In this document: in pieces, positions 26,466 through 38,290 of the stretch | How positions within the stretch are numbered: the first letter of the stretch is position 1 | Layout of the letters: each line of letters begins with the position of its first letter | DNA from: Gracilinanus agilis | Taxonomy: Eukaryota | Assembly (NCBI RefSeq): GCF_016433145.1 | Contig: NC_058130.1 | Coordinates: 121,022,412-121,086,411, forward strand | Direction of reading: 5' to 3' | DNA: 64,000 nt | Position numbers and translations under genes: made by a program | Notes under the pieces: model-generated | The model's database searches: none | Seen by the model: only the letters and a program-made list of their open reading frames with translations | What the model was told of the DNA's origin: nothing

Positions 26466-26802
26466 AGTCTGGAACTGGAGGAAGAAGCATCTCCTGAGAC
26501 CACAGACAGCTTACACTCTGTATTGTCACGTGGGTAAGTTAGGCTGACTTCCTTGGCCTAGCTGGGCCAATTTTAAACTCTGCCTATCTGGCTGTTGGGC
26601 CCTGTGGCTTACAGCTTCATTTGATTAGACTTCTAACCTCCCTTTTCTCTTTATCCCTACTTTACCTACCTGATTGTAAATAAATTCTTCAACCCGATGC
26701 TGACTTGGGTCTGATTTAATTACGGAATCAACCTAATTGTTGATTCCTGGCGGCCACATAATTTTAATATATAGCTATAATAACTAAATTTTAATTCTTA
26801 CA
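26466..26802 (+). mobile_element. 5'-truncated ERV LTR (R/U5 part)
   Basis: ttgtaaataaa polyA signal, 9-bp hairpin 26724-26747, TGGCGGCCAC, ends TTAATTCTTACA; typical marsupial ERV1 LTR text. Confidence 0.75.
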
Positions 26803-27639
26803 TTTTGGCTTGATAATATCAGAGTATGAAAAAATATCTTGTCCTTCCTCAATTCCTGCATAATTCTTGCTGTTCAGGCTGACTGCATTATATTTTTTTG
26901 TAAATTCATCAAATTATTTTGTAATTATCATTTCCCCTATTTTATTCACAAGCTACTAAAAATGTTAAGTGACTTGTCCATGAGATCACTCAGTAAGTGG
27001 AGAATACTATATACACTCTGTTCCTTAGCTTCTTCTACTAAATCAAGAGGTTTAGTCTTAATAATTTCTATAGCCTACCATTCTATTTAAAATAAAACTC
27101 TATAGCATCATGTGGAAAAGATAACTGGACTTCAGAGATAGGGTTTCAGAATACTATAATCACTATCCATATGACCATGGCTTTAACTTTTCATCTACTA
27201 TTAAATGAGGAGGAGGATTAATTTCCTTATCAATAAAATAATAACATGTTACCCAATTCACAGTCATAGGATTTAGAGTTGTAAGTACCTTACAGGTCTT
27301 TTAATCCAATTCCATCATTATAAAGAGAAAGAAACTGAGGCCTAGAATCTTGGCCCAGGTTATTTGTTCATAGTTTCAGAAGTACTAAGTGGCAGGGAGG
27401 AAAGATTGGGGTGGGGTGGGGTTTGAGAACTCATTTTTCAGAAACTGGATTGTACTCTAAACCAAATTATTATTAATTTTCATGATAATATATTAGGATG
27501 GTCGCCAAAGGGTTACAATGTTATCTCAAAAATGAGCTTCAGATAAGGTGACCTAGTCTAACTCCTGAAGACTGTTAGTTCCATGAAATTTTTGCCATAG
27601 GGCTAGTCATTGACATGACATAGTTTGCTTTCCTTTAAA

Positions 27640-28405
27640 GTAAACATAAGGAACTGATACAACCATTCTAGATAGCAATCTAGAACCATGCTCAAATATA
27701 CATAAAATTGTGCATGCCCTTTGGCCCAGCAATACCAATATTAAGTCTGTTTCAAAGAGATTCAAGATAGAAGGAAAGATCTCACCTGTACAGAAATATT
27801 TATATCAGCTCTTGTTATAATGGCAAAGACCTGGAAATCAAAGGGGTATCCACCAATTGGGGATGGCTGAACAAGTTATAGTATATGCTACTCATGGAAT
27901 ATTACTGTGAAATAAGAAATGGCAAGCAAGTTGATCACAAAATAATAGGAAAGACATGAAGTGTTGCAAAACAAAGTGAACAGAACCAGGAGAATGTTGT
28001 ACATAGTAACAATAATGTATGAAGATCAACTGTGAATGACTTGACTATTCTCAACAAGGCCAGGATCCAGAACAACTCTAAGAGATTCATGGAAAAAAAA
28101 AAGATATCTACCATCATAGAAAGAACAGAGTCAAAATGCAAATTGAAGCATACTATTCTTTATTTTCTCCGTAAATGTTTCTCTAAAGAAAAACAATATA
28201 TGCTTTCTTGTACATGATGAACATAGAAATATGTATTATATGATAATGAATGTACCAACTATATATTACCTCCCTTCTTGGGGTGGGGCAGCAGGGAATG
28301 GTAGAAGGGAGAAAGAGCCCATGGATTGCAAAATATCAGAAAATATATTTTGAAAAAGTTTGTTTACATATAATAGGGAAACTTTTAAAATTATGTTAAA
28401 ATAAA
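27640..28405 (+). mobile_element. Old L1 ORF2 C-terminus plus 3'UTR
   Basis: ccctttggcccagcaatacc, ggcaaagacctggaaatcaaaggggtatccaccaattgggga, gtgaacagaaccaggagaatgttgtacatag, G-rich tract and A-rich end. Confidence 0.85.
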
Positions 28406-29934
28406 GGCAAGGGAAAATATTAAGAAAAATAAGTTTTCATCCATATTTTTATCATATCAAGATTATTATCCTTTCTTGGTTAATAATACACTTGAGATAT
28501 GTGGAAAGGAAAATAAAAGACAACCCACTCAGAACTACATAGTCAAATTTTGTTTGATTAATTGAAATACATTCTAGGTTATGAAGATACTCTATTTTTC
28601 AAATCTTAAGGAGAAAGATTACTATTTTGCAACCTCATTTTTATTTAACATATTCATAATTAATTGCTCCTCACCTTCCTCTGTTTATTAAAATTTTCAT
28701 ATCTATGATGGATGAACACTTTAAACATATTTACACTTCAAACAACTAATCTGCACCATGATTGACTTATTTCAAAGCATACTTCATATCTCTCTAGCCA
28801 TCTATGTCTTTTTACCAATGTATATTTTTTCTATGCTAAGAGATAATATTTTATTATGCATATAGAAGATCACTTGATTTAAGCAACATCTGGGTAAAAT
28901 CTCTGCCTATGTCACTTAGTAGATTTGTGAAGCTATCTTGTGATGGGCAAGTCACTTATCCTCTCAATACCCCAAGGTTAGAGGTGAGATGCTTCTCTAC
29001 AATGAGAGAGAGTTTCTACATTTATAGTTCATCATATTCAAGAAAACAAAGGCATGCACTCATACCTGTTTGCATATGCACATACCCCCACATATCTATA
29101 CCTACATATGTGTAAAGATATATAAGCAAACACCTATGCATGTATACCTATGAACACATATTCCAGAGTTGTTTCAAAGCTTGAAGATGTCATTTGATAT
29201 TATTTGTGGTGTTTACCTTGAATATGGTAATCCCTACAGACATAGCCTGAGTTAATGATCATAAAATATCTTGACCAGATATCAGCTTGCTACAAAATAA
29301 TTTTTAATGATTTTGGAGTAGTTCACACTAGCAAAGATTTTATGCAATGCATTATCCAAATTTCCTAATACTCTGCACTTAAGGGTGAGTTGGAAGTCTC
29401 ATTTTAATGGTAACATTAATTTACATTCCATTTGGACAATTAGACTGTATCAACATAACACAGCTTGTGGATATTAAAATTGCAATATGAATACAGGGTA
29501 ATAAAATCCACAGCCACTTCCTTTGACATTTTTCCTCTGAAATTAAAGTTTTAATCAAAATCACATGAATTCAGCCTTCAAAATAGGAGGCTTTATGTGG
29601 ATAATGATACTTTAATTTTGAAAAGAGTAGGCTTGTTTTAAAATCTCCCTCAAATGTTTTCTATTAGTCTGACAGGGAAATGGTAATCTCCACTTTTCTG
29701 GGTTAGAATTAGTTTAATGCAGCTTGTTAAGGCAATCATTTTGAATTGTGAAGCCCAAACAAGTCATTATTCTGTCAGTTGTTTCTAGAGATGTATAAAC
29801 TTAGCATTACAATTGCATGAAAGAATTTATCTGATCACTGCCTTTTCTTTGTATTACAACAAATAATACTTCTAGCTAGATCTTTCCTCTGAAGTTGTGT
29901 CAAAACATGGAATCAGAGGATCATTTATTGGGGA

Positions 29935-30080
29935 AATGTTCAGAGATGAACAAACTGAGGCCAGGGGAAGGGAAGGAAATGTCCCACTGTCACAAAAACA
30001 TTAAGTAAGGCAACTTCAGAATTAGGATTCAAAACCTATTCTTCTGATTCCAGATCCATTATTCCTTCAGTGATACCACA
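29935..30080 (-). mobile_element. MIR fragment
   Basis: cagagatgaacaaactgaggccagggg...attaggattcaaaacc...gtgataccac. Confidence 0.6.
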
Positions 30081-30239
30081 TCACCTATCTCCATCTTGCT
30101 CTCCAAGTGCATTCCTTCATAAAGCACTTTATTATTCCATAAAAGGAAAAGTGAAGCTAATATCTGGTTTGAAATACTGAAATATTCCTAAGAAATGGTT
30201 CCCATGAGACATTCTTAATCTGCCTGTTTCTAAGAACCT

Positions 30240-30560
30240 CAAGAGTACTCCCTTAACCTCTCTATTTCAATTTCCCCATCTGCCAAGCATGGAAAATAAT
30301 AATTACATTCCTTTGCATGATCTGAGACACTGGAAAGATATAAATAAGTTGGAGCAGTAAGAACTTTGTATGAAGTACTATATAATGCATCATCCAAGAG
30401 ATATGTGCTCAGCAAAGGAAGATTGATAATGAGAGTGTGGATTAACAGATCCAACACTCAGATGCTGCTCAGCTACTCACATAATACTGAGAGACCCATA
30501 GGAAGATTTTTAATATATTGGGTAAAATTGACAAACTTATTGGAGGAGATGCATTAGGGT
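30240..30560 (-). mobile_element. L2 fragment
   Basis: cttgcatgatctgagacactggaaag..., attgataatgagagtgtggattaacagatcc. Confidence 0.5.
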
Positions 30561-30989
30561 TATTTAGAATGAAAAGATATAGCAAGGTTGTAATCTGCAC
30601 AGTTTCTAAATTAATGTAATCGTGGATCTTATATGGTAGCATCTATCCTAAAGAACTTCAGAGATGATCAAATGTGACAGCATAAATAAGAGTGTATATT
30701 AAGTAAGATCTGGTTATCAATACATTTTTCCCACTTGTCCCAGAAGATTGTCATATTATCATTGGTCATTTTCTTTTTTCCTTTGTACATTACTAATCTA
30801 CTCCAATTTTTCCTGGAATATCTCTGTTACATAATACTTTCCTATGAGATTTCCTGAATACAAATCCCATCCAAAATTCAATCTCTATAATACCCTGTCC
30901 ATCAAAACCTAGGAAGTTTCTGTGATCTTCTAATTTATGAAGATATAAACTGAATTCTCCTATTGAATCTAACAACAGCCAATAATAAC

Positions 30990-32330
30990 CCATCACAATC
31001 ATATACCATACCTTGTTCAGTTATTCTCCAATTTATAGGCATCCCCATGACTTCTAATTTTAGCCACAAAATAAAGAGCTACTATAAATATTTTTGTACA
31101 TATAGGTACTTAGCCATTTAAATAATATCTTAATAGAGACCCAATCATGATATCACTCTGTCAAAGGGCATGCAGTGTTTTGTAGCATTTTGGGAAATAC
31201 CAAATTACTCTCCAGAATGGTTAGATCAGTTCACAATTCCACCAACAGTGCATTAGTGTTCCAATTTTTTTACATCCCCTCCAACATTTTTTCATTTTTC
31301 TTTTCTGTCATATTAGCCAATATGCTATGTGTCAGATGGTACCTCAGAGTTGCTTTGATTTGTATTTCTCAAATCAATAAGTGATTAAGAACATTTTTCA
31401 TATGATTATAAGTAGAATGATTTCTTTCACTGAAAACTCCCTGGTCATATTTTATTAAATTTATGGTCATTTATTAAATGGAGAATGACTCACATTTTTA
31501 TAAATTTGACTCAATTCTCTGTACATTTAAGGGATGAGACCTTCATAATTTGGTATAATGTTTTTTTATCCATTTTTCTGCTTTTCTTATAATCTTGGCT
31601 GCATTGGTTTTGTTTGTGCAAAACGTTTTTTAACTTAATGTAATCAAAATTATCCATTTTACATCCTGTAATTCTCTCTGTCTCTTATTGTGTAATAAAT
31701 TCTTCCTTTATCTGTGGCTATGGCAGATAAACTATTCTGTGCTCCCCTAATTTGCTTACGATATTACCTTTTATATCTAGACTATATACTCATTTTGACA
31801 ATTTCTTGGTATATAAGATGTTGGTCTATACCTAGTTTCTGCCAAATTATTTTCCTGGTTCAATAGCAGTTTTTGTCAGATAGTGAATTGTTTTCCTAAG
31901 GTTTGAATCTTTGCATTCACTTAATACAGTGGTTCCCAAACATTTTTGGCCTAATACCCCCTTTCCAGAAAAAATGTTACTTAGGCCCCGGAAATTAATT
32001 TTTTTTAAAAATTTAATAGCAATTAATAGGAAAGATAAATGCATCTGTAGCCATCACTGTTGCCCTGGATTGCTGCAGCACCCACCAGGGGGCAGTAGCA
32101 CCCACTTTGGTAATCACTGACCTAATACTTTTCATTTCCTCCTGTGAACTGTGTACCTAATCTATTTCATTGATCCAACATATATTTGTTGGGCAGTACT
32201 AGATTGTTTTGATGATTACCAATTTGTAATATACTTTGAGATCTGGTAGAACTTGGACACCTTCTTTTACTTTTTACTAATTCTTTTGATGTTCTTTATC
32301 TTTTATCCTTAAAGCTAAATTTTGTTTTGA
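30990..32330 (-). mobile_element. Old L1 ORF2 3' region, interrupted by a MITE
   Basis: ctccagaatggttagatcagttcacaattccaccaacagtgcattagtgttccaatttt, gatggtacctcagagttgctttgatttgtatttctc, gttggtctatacctagtttctgcc. Confidence 0.9.
31927..32119 (+). mobile_element. hAT/Charlie-type MITE (193 bp)
   Basis: TIRs cagtggttcccaaa / tttggtaatcactg; 8-bp TSD acttaata / acctaata. Confidence 0.92.
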
Positions 32331-32915
32331 TTATGGCATGGCATGGAATAAGGATATTTATATAAGTAAAATTGTCATTTTGAGGTGTTGGCTTGGCCCA
32401 CCCATGATCAATTAATATTTTTTCCAAATATTTTGATGGTTCTTTGTGTAAAAAGTGATGAATTTGAAATCAGAAAATAAAAAGTTGTATACAAAATTAC
32501 TGCCCTTATTCTGTGCATTTGCATTCATTAGCATTTTTAGGTTTGTCTTGGAAATCAGTTACTAAATCCTATTGTCTATTTCCTTATTATATCTCATATT
32601 TCTTTCCATCTCTTTATTCCTCTTCCAACTAACCTTGAAAAGGTTAGCTTTATCTACCAATGGTCTATTTTGTGCAGCAGCATCCTGATAGATATAATTA
32701 CTTCTACTCTTTCTTACACTCTTAATCCAAAGGGCTTCAAAAATTATCTTTTCTATGTGTTAAAAAATGGACACTCTACTCTTCTCTTCACTGTCCTTCA
32801 ATGATTAGACTAACATTCAAGGTATTCTATGCACTACCAGACCCCTTCAGTTTTATCATATATAATTTTTCCTGTACTTTCTGCTGTTACCAAACTGGGC
32901 TACTTTTAAGAGATC

Positions 32916-34745
32916 TTTTTTTTAAATTTAAACATTTATTAATATTCATTTTTAACATGGTTACATGATTCATGCTCCTCCTTTCCCCTTCGCCCCCCGC
33001 ACTCCCCCTACCCATGGCCGATGCACATTTCCACTGGTTTTGTCATGTGTCCTTGATCAAGACCTATTTCCAAATTGTTGGTAGTTGCATTGGTGTGGTA
33101 GTTTCGAGTCCACATCCTTAATCATGTCCACCCCGACCCATGCGTTCAAGCAGTTGTTTTTCTTATGTTTCCTCTCCTGCAGTTCTTCCTCTGAATGTAG
33201 GTAGCATTCTTTACCATAAATCCCTCAGAGCTGTCCTGGGTCATTGTACTGCTGCTGGTACAGGAGCCCATTACATTCGATTTTACCACAGTATATCAGT
33301 CTCTGTGTACAATGTTCTTCTGGCTCTGCTCCTTTCGCTCTGCATCAGTTTCCGGAGGTCTCTCCAGTTCGCCTGGAACTCCTCCAGTTTATTATTCCTT
33401 TTAGCACAATAGTATTCCATCACCCGCATATACCACAGTTTGTTCAGCCATTCCCCAATTGAAGGACATCCCCTCCTTTTCCAGTTTTTTGCCACCACAA
33501 AAAGCGCAGCTATAAATATTTTCGTACAAGTCTGTTTATTTATGATCTCTTTGGGGTACAAACCCAACAATGGTATGGATGGATCAGGCATTCTTTTATA
33601 GCCCTTTGAGCATGATTCCAAATTGTCAGCCAGAATGGCTGGATCAGTTCACAACTCCACCAGCAATGCATTAATGTTCCAATTTTGCCACATCCCCTCC
33701 AACATTCATTGCTCTCCCCTTCTTTCATTTTAGCCAATCTGTTAGGTGTGAGGTGATACCTCAGAGTTGTTTTGATTTGCATTTCTCTAATTATTAGAGA
33801 TTTGGAACACTTTCTCATGTGCTTATTGATACTTTTGATTTCTTTACCTGAAAATTGCCTATTCATGTCTCTTGCCCATTTATCAATTGGGGGATGGCTT
33901 GATTTTTTATACAATTGCTTTAACTCCTTGTATATTTGAGTAATTAGACCCCTGTCAGAGTTTTTCGTTATAAAGATTTTTTCCCAATTTGTTGTTTCCC
34001 TTCTGATTTTGACTACATTGTTTTTGTTTGTACAAAAGCTTTTTAGTTTAATATAATCAAAACCATTTAATTTACATTTTGTACCAAAAAACTTCTTTAC
34101 TGAATTAGAAAAAACTATAACAAATTTCATTTGGAATAACAAAAGATCAAGAATATCAAGGGAAATAATCAAAAAAATGTGAAGGAAGGGGGCCTAGCAG
34201 TACCAGATATTAAACTATACTATAAAGCAGCAGTCATCAAAACAATATGGTACTGNTTACCAAAAAACTTCTTTACTGAATTAGAAAAAACTATAACAAA
34301 TTTCATTTGGAATAACAAAAGATCAAGAATATCAAGGGAAATAATCAAAAAAATGTGAAGGAAGGGGGCCTAGCAGTACCAGATATTAAACTATACTATA
34401 AAGCAGCAGTCATCAAAACAATATGGTACTGGCTAAGAGACAGGGAAGAGGATCAGTGGAATAGACTTGGGGTAAATGACATCAGCAAGACAGTGTATGA
34501 TAAACCCAAAGAGCCCAACTTTTGGGACATGAATCCACTATTTGACAAAAACTGCTGGGAAATTTGGAAAACAATATGGGAGAGATTAGGTCTAGATCAA
34601 CATCTCACACCCTACACTAAGATAAATTCAGAATGGGTGAACAACTTGAATATAAAGAGGGAAACTATAAATAAGTTAAGTGAACACAGAATAGTATACT
34701 TGTCAGATCTCTGGGAAAGGAAAGACTTTAAAACCAAGCAAGAGT
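32916..34745 (-). mobile_element. Young L1_Mdo-type LINE-1, 5'-truncated with 5' inversion (twin priming)
   Basis: Minus segment 32924-34083 = 3'UTR plus ORF2 C-terminus (KLKSFCTNK...CWRGCGKIGTLMHCWW CCHC motif). Plus segment 34082-34745 = upstream ORF2 (EGGLAVPDIKLYYKA...DFKTKQE). TSD gagatc(t)n at 32910 and 34746, with TTTT/AA endonuclease site at 34770-34775. Confidence 0.95.
34256..34256. other. Single-N assembly gap flanked by a 174-bp exact duplication
   Basis: 34082-34255 is repeated at 34258-34431 around the only N in the window. Confidence 0.9.
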
Positions 34746-34787
34746 GAGATCTTTTTTTTTTTTTTTTTTTTTTAAAGAAATAGACCA

Positions 34788-34987
34788 GGAATAGCTAGGT
34801 AGATCAGTGGATATAAAGTCAAGAATAGATAAAGAGGGCCTGGTTTCAAATATGGCCTCAAATATTTCCTAGCTGTGTGGCCCTCGGCAAGTCACTTAAT
34901 CCTAACTGCCTACCCATTACCATTCTTCTGCTTTAGAACCAATATTTAGTACTGAATCTAAGATAGATGATAAGGGCTAAAAAAAAC
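34788..34987 (+). mobile_element. Opossum CORE-SINE (MAR1a-c_Mdo/SINE-2_MD-like)
   Basis: gctaggtagatcagtgg head, ttcctagctgtgtggccctcggcaagtcacttaat core, agaaccaatatttagtactgaatctaagatag tail plus A run. Confidence 0.88.
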
Positions 34988-35442
34988 TAAAATAAATAAA
35001 AGTAGAGTTATCAGGTATTACATTAATTGTTCATTGTTTGGGAACCTAAGGAAAGGCAATAAATAAATCAATACCATATAATCTATGTATGTAAAATTTT
35101 TCCAGTAATCTAGTATAATAACATTTGTGGTTCATTGATTAATATTTTGAGAAGAGAGAAAAGGAATCTTCATCTACTATATTTGTGTCAAATGTTAATA
35201 AAATAATTAGCTCTTAATAGTTTTCTGGGTTCATTTGGAATCATAGTTATATACAAGTTCCCTTATAGGTAAAACATGTCCTTAATTACCAATGATATGT
35301 TGTCACTAGTTCATAGATTCATTGAGCAGCCAGATGATTCTAAAGAAATAGCTATCTTTTTTTATCATCAGTCAAAGTAAGTTTACTTAACAAGGACAGT
35401 TACTTTTAAGGAGGAAAGTATTGCCCATAAAATAGAAAGTAA

Positions 35443-35641
35443 GGGGGCAGCTGGGTAGCTCAGTGGAGTGAGAGTCAGGCCTAGAGACAGGAGGTCCTAG
35501 GTTCAAACCCGGCCTCAGCCACTTCCCAGCTGTGTGACCCTGGGCAAGTCACTTGACCCCCATTGCCCACCCTTACCAATCTTCCACCTATGAGACAATA
35601 CACCGAAGTACAAGGGTTTAAAAAAAATTAAAAAAAAAAAA
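35443..35641 (+). mobile_element. SINE1_Mdo (SINE-1_MD), young full-length copy
   Basis: gggggcagctgggtagctcagtgg A-box, ggttcaaacccggcc B-box, cctatgagacaatacaccgaagtacaagggttt tail, polyA; TSD agaaagtaag at 35434-35443 and 35642-35651. Confidence 0.96.
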
Positions 35642-35844
35642 AGAAAGTAAGTTGACTTTCATTATCAGTTATGATACTACTAAAAAAGAAAAGAAGAAAA
35701 TATTCTCATAAAGAAATATAAATGGAAATGTATTTAAGGTTTGGGGGTTTATGAGAACCATCCTTTAAATATAAAACACATATCCACATTCTATCATTTC
35801 CATATGTGTGTAAGGCTATAAGGTCAGTAATGATTTCAATTTCA

Positions 35845-35990
35845 ATTCTATTCAGTTAACATTTATTAAGTGACTACTATGTGTTAAGCACTGCACTAAG
35901 CACTGAAAACATAAGGAAAAAGAAAGTTAGTCCCTGTCCTCAAGGACCTTACAATCTTATAGTGGAATATGATTCACAAAATAAAGGTAA
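35845..35990 (-). mobile_element. L2 3' tail
   Basis: catttattaagtgactactatgtgttaagcactgcactaagcactg...gtccctgtcctcaaggaccttacaatc. Confidence 0.75.
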
Positions 35991-36601
35991 AAAGTAGTGA
36001 GGTGAACAGAAGGTACCAGCAAAAGATCATGTTATAATACGAAGTGGAAAACAAGCAGAATTTCTGATGGAAAAATGGAAATCACTTGATAAATTCTCAG
36101 CCTTCCAGTCAGAAGGGAAAAGCAACCAAGGGAGCTGAGAATGACATGCATATATGCAGGGCTGATAAGATTTTAAGTGATCTGCTTATCCTGGGCAAGG
36201 TATGGAAATCAAACAGATATTGATGGAAAATGGATCACCAAGAGACAGTGACATTTATTATCTGTTAAAAGTTTTGTTTGAATTTTCTGATTGTTTCAAA
36301 CTCCACTAATTGGTTTACTATGGACTATTCAAAAGATTTCTCTTACCTACAGGAAATCCATCTGTCCACAGTTAACATATTAGCATTTTTGGGTTTTCAT
36401 TAAAGGTAACTTCTACAGGATAACTCTCCAAGGTCTTTATGTAAAGTGAAAAAAAATGAATATTGCTTTTTTTTTTCTTATCCCTTTCATTTCCTCCTCT
36501 GTTTTCAGGCCAGGAAATCTCACTACTATATTCTTTCAGTTGTATAATATAGTAACTTCCTATACTTCTGCTATAACAAAATTCAATTTTTGATAGACCT
36601 C

Positions 36602-36790
36602 TTAAAAATCCTTACCTTTTATCTAGAATCAATACTAAGTATCAATGCTAAGAGAGAAGAAAGATACGGGATAGGAAATCAGGGTTAAGTGACTTCCCTA
36701 GGGCTAAATATCTAGGAAGTTTCTGAGGTCAGATTTGAACCCGGGTCCTCCCAATTCCATACCTGTCACTCTGCCCACTGTGCTGCCTCC
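36602..36790 (-). mobile_element. Opossum CORE-SINE (MAR1a-c_Mdo/SINE-2_MD-like)
   Basis: aatccttacc...agaatcaatactaagtatc tail; ttaagtgacttccctaggg core; gatttgaacccggg B-box. Confidence 0.88.
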
Positions 36791-36807
36791 CATCACCCAA
36801 AATTACT

Positions 36808-36990
36808 TTTTATTAAAGCTTTACTCTCTGTCTCAGTAACAATCTAAGACAGAAGGGCAATGGGTAGGCCAACAAAGTTAAGTGACTTCCCCAGGGTTAC
36901 ACAGCTAGGAAGATTCTGAGGTCAGATTTGAGAACAGGTCCTCCCATGTTTTGGCCTGTCCCTCTATCCAATGTTCCACCTGGTGACCCT
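36808..36990 (-). mobile_element. Opossum CORE-SINE (second variant, shorter tail)
   Basis: ctgtctcagtaacaatctaagacagaagggc tail; gttaagtgacttccccagggttacacagctaggaag core. Confidence 0.88.
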
Positions 36991-38114
36991 ATAGATCTCT
37001 TTTTGAGAAATAGCATAAACAATGGGAAGGAATTACTAGATGATGAAGCAAAAATACATATAGATTCCCCACAATCTAAATATTGCTGTAAAAGAGCAGC
37101 ATCTAATTTCATATTCAGATTTATCACTCATATGGATCATTTGAATAGAAAGATTTTTTTTCATCCATCTGTAACTAGTGAGTGAGCTCATGCTCTCTGG
37201 GAGGTTCTGTGAGTTGTTTTGAGTTGCACATTACATGGACTTTGCTCTTTGGAGTTTATAATCTGTGGTTGTAAAGGTAATGGCAATTTAATTGGGGAGG
37301 ATTTAAATTATGTAATTTAGACATACAAAATGAACATGAATTTATGAATGAAGTTTTGCATCTTTTACTTATTTATTATATGTGCCTGGTATATGATTGT
37401 CATGGCTGAAGAAGAAACCCCATCATTTCCTAAATACTGATCCCACATTAAACATTTCCATCTTTATTCAACTAAATCATTGAACCATCCTCATGCCATT
37501 TTCACCTACTGATCAATTTTTTTGTGGTCCTGTAGAATTTAATCTATAATATGGAAGGTCAATCTATCTTCCACAGACCTTGTAACATAATCTGCTTACC
37601 ATCATTTCACTGAGTAGACAATCTTTAAATCCTTATTACTCTACAATAGATATCAATTAATCACTAAGCATTTCTTAAATTCCTGGTACTTTCTAGGCAT
37701 TGTGCTAAGTTATGAGATACAAAAACAAAACCTAAAAACAATTTACTCGCAAAACTTTACATTATTAAGGGGAAGACAAAAAAGAGCATATATAAATGTG
37801 TATATGTGTATAACTATATATGGATATATATGCACATAAGTTTATATTGTACACTTGTATAATAAAGACTTAAGTAAAAATAAATACTAGGTGTCTTGAG
37901 ATGGAGAAGTATACAAATTGTTAAATCATTAAAAGTTTGATATAGAAGATAATGATTGAGCTACATATTAATATGCATAGTTCATTTTATACCACATATT
38001 TTGACATGATCTGATCATTTGACATTATTATTTCTTTTTTCAGAAAAAGAAACATGCACAATATTTAGCTTACAGGGTAAAAGATTCAATTACACTTGAA
38101 TAGGGAGCAGAACT

Positions 38115-38290
38115 CAAATGAATGCACTTTGGAATTGATTTCAGATGTTCCTAATTTTAATCCAATTTCTCTTACTATATGCCCCTGAGAAAGTCGTTTT
38201 ACTTCTATAGTCCTCATTTTCCTTATCTGGAAAATGAAGGAATTTGACTCCTGTAGTCCTGACCTGTAGTACCTTTGAAGTCCACCATGA
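38115..38290 (+). mobile_element. MIR fragment
   Basis: cctcattttccttatctggaaaatgaaggaatttgactcc. Confidence 0.55.

Larger units (their letters stand above)
25765..26850 (-). mobile_element. L3/CR1 3' fragment interrupted by a SINE (26077-26270) and an LTR (26466-26802)
   Basis: ggaaactcactacctcctacgaaaaccatttccatttctggagagctttaattttaggaag and ctgcctctagaaaatttcc...agggcttagaactgaatac are L3 antisense hallmarks. Confidence 0.75.

Noticed and set aside
34082-34431. Biological tandem duplication in L1
   Set aside because: 100% identity around a lone N points to an assembly overlap.
33283-34747. 112-, 210- and 130-aa ORFs as host genes
   Set aside because: They are pieces of L1 ORF2; the N-terminal 30 aa of the 210-aa ORF is antisense L1 read across the inversion.
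36468-36560. Strong polypyrimidine tract + AG (36508) as a coding exon start
   Set aside because: No convincing donor or coding-like sequence follows; likewise for the acceptor ending at 38427, where the downstream frames I checked hit early stops.
38044-38076. 33-nt in-frame micro-exon KKKHAQYLAYR
   Set aside because: The donor (gtaaaa) is weak, the peptide is unrecognised, and such AG..GT pairs are expected by chance in 64 kb.
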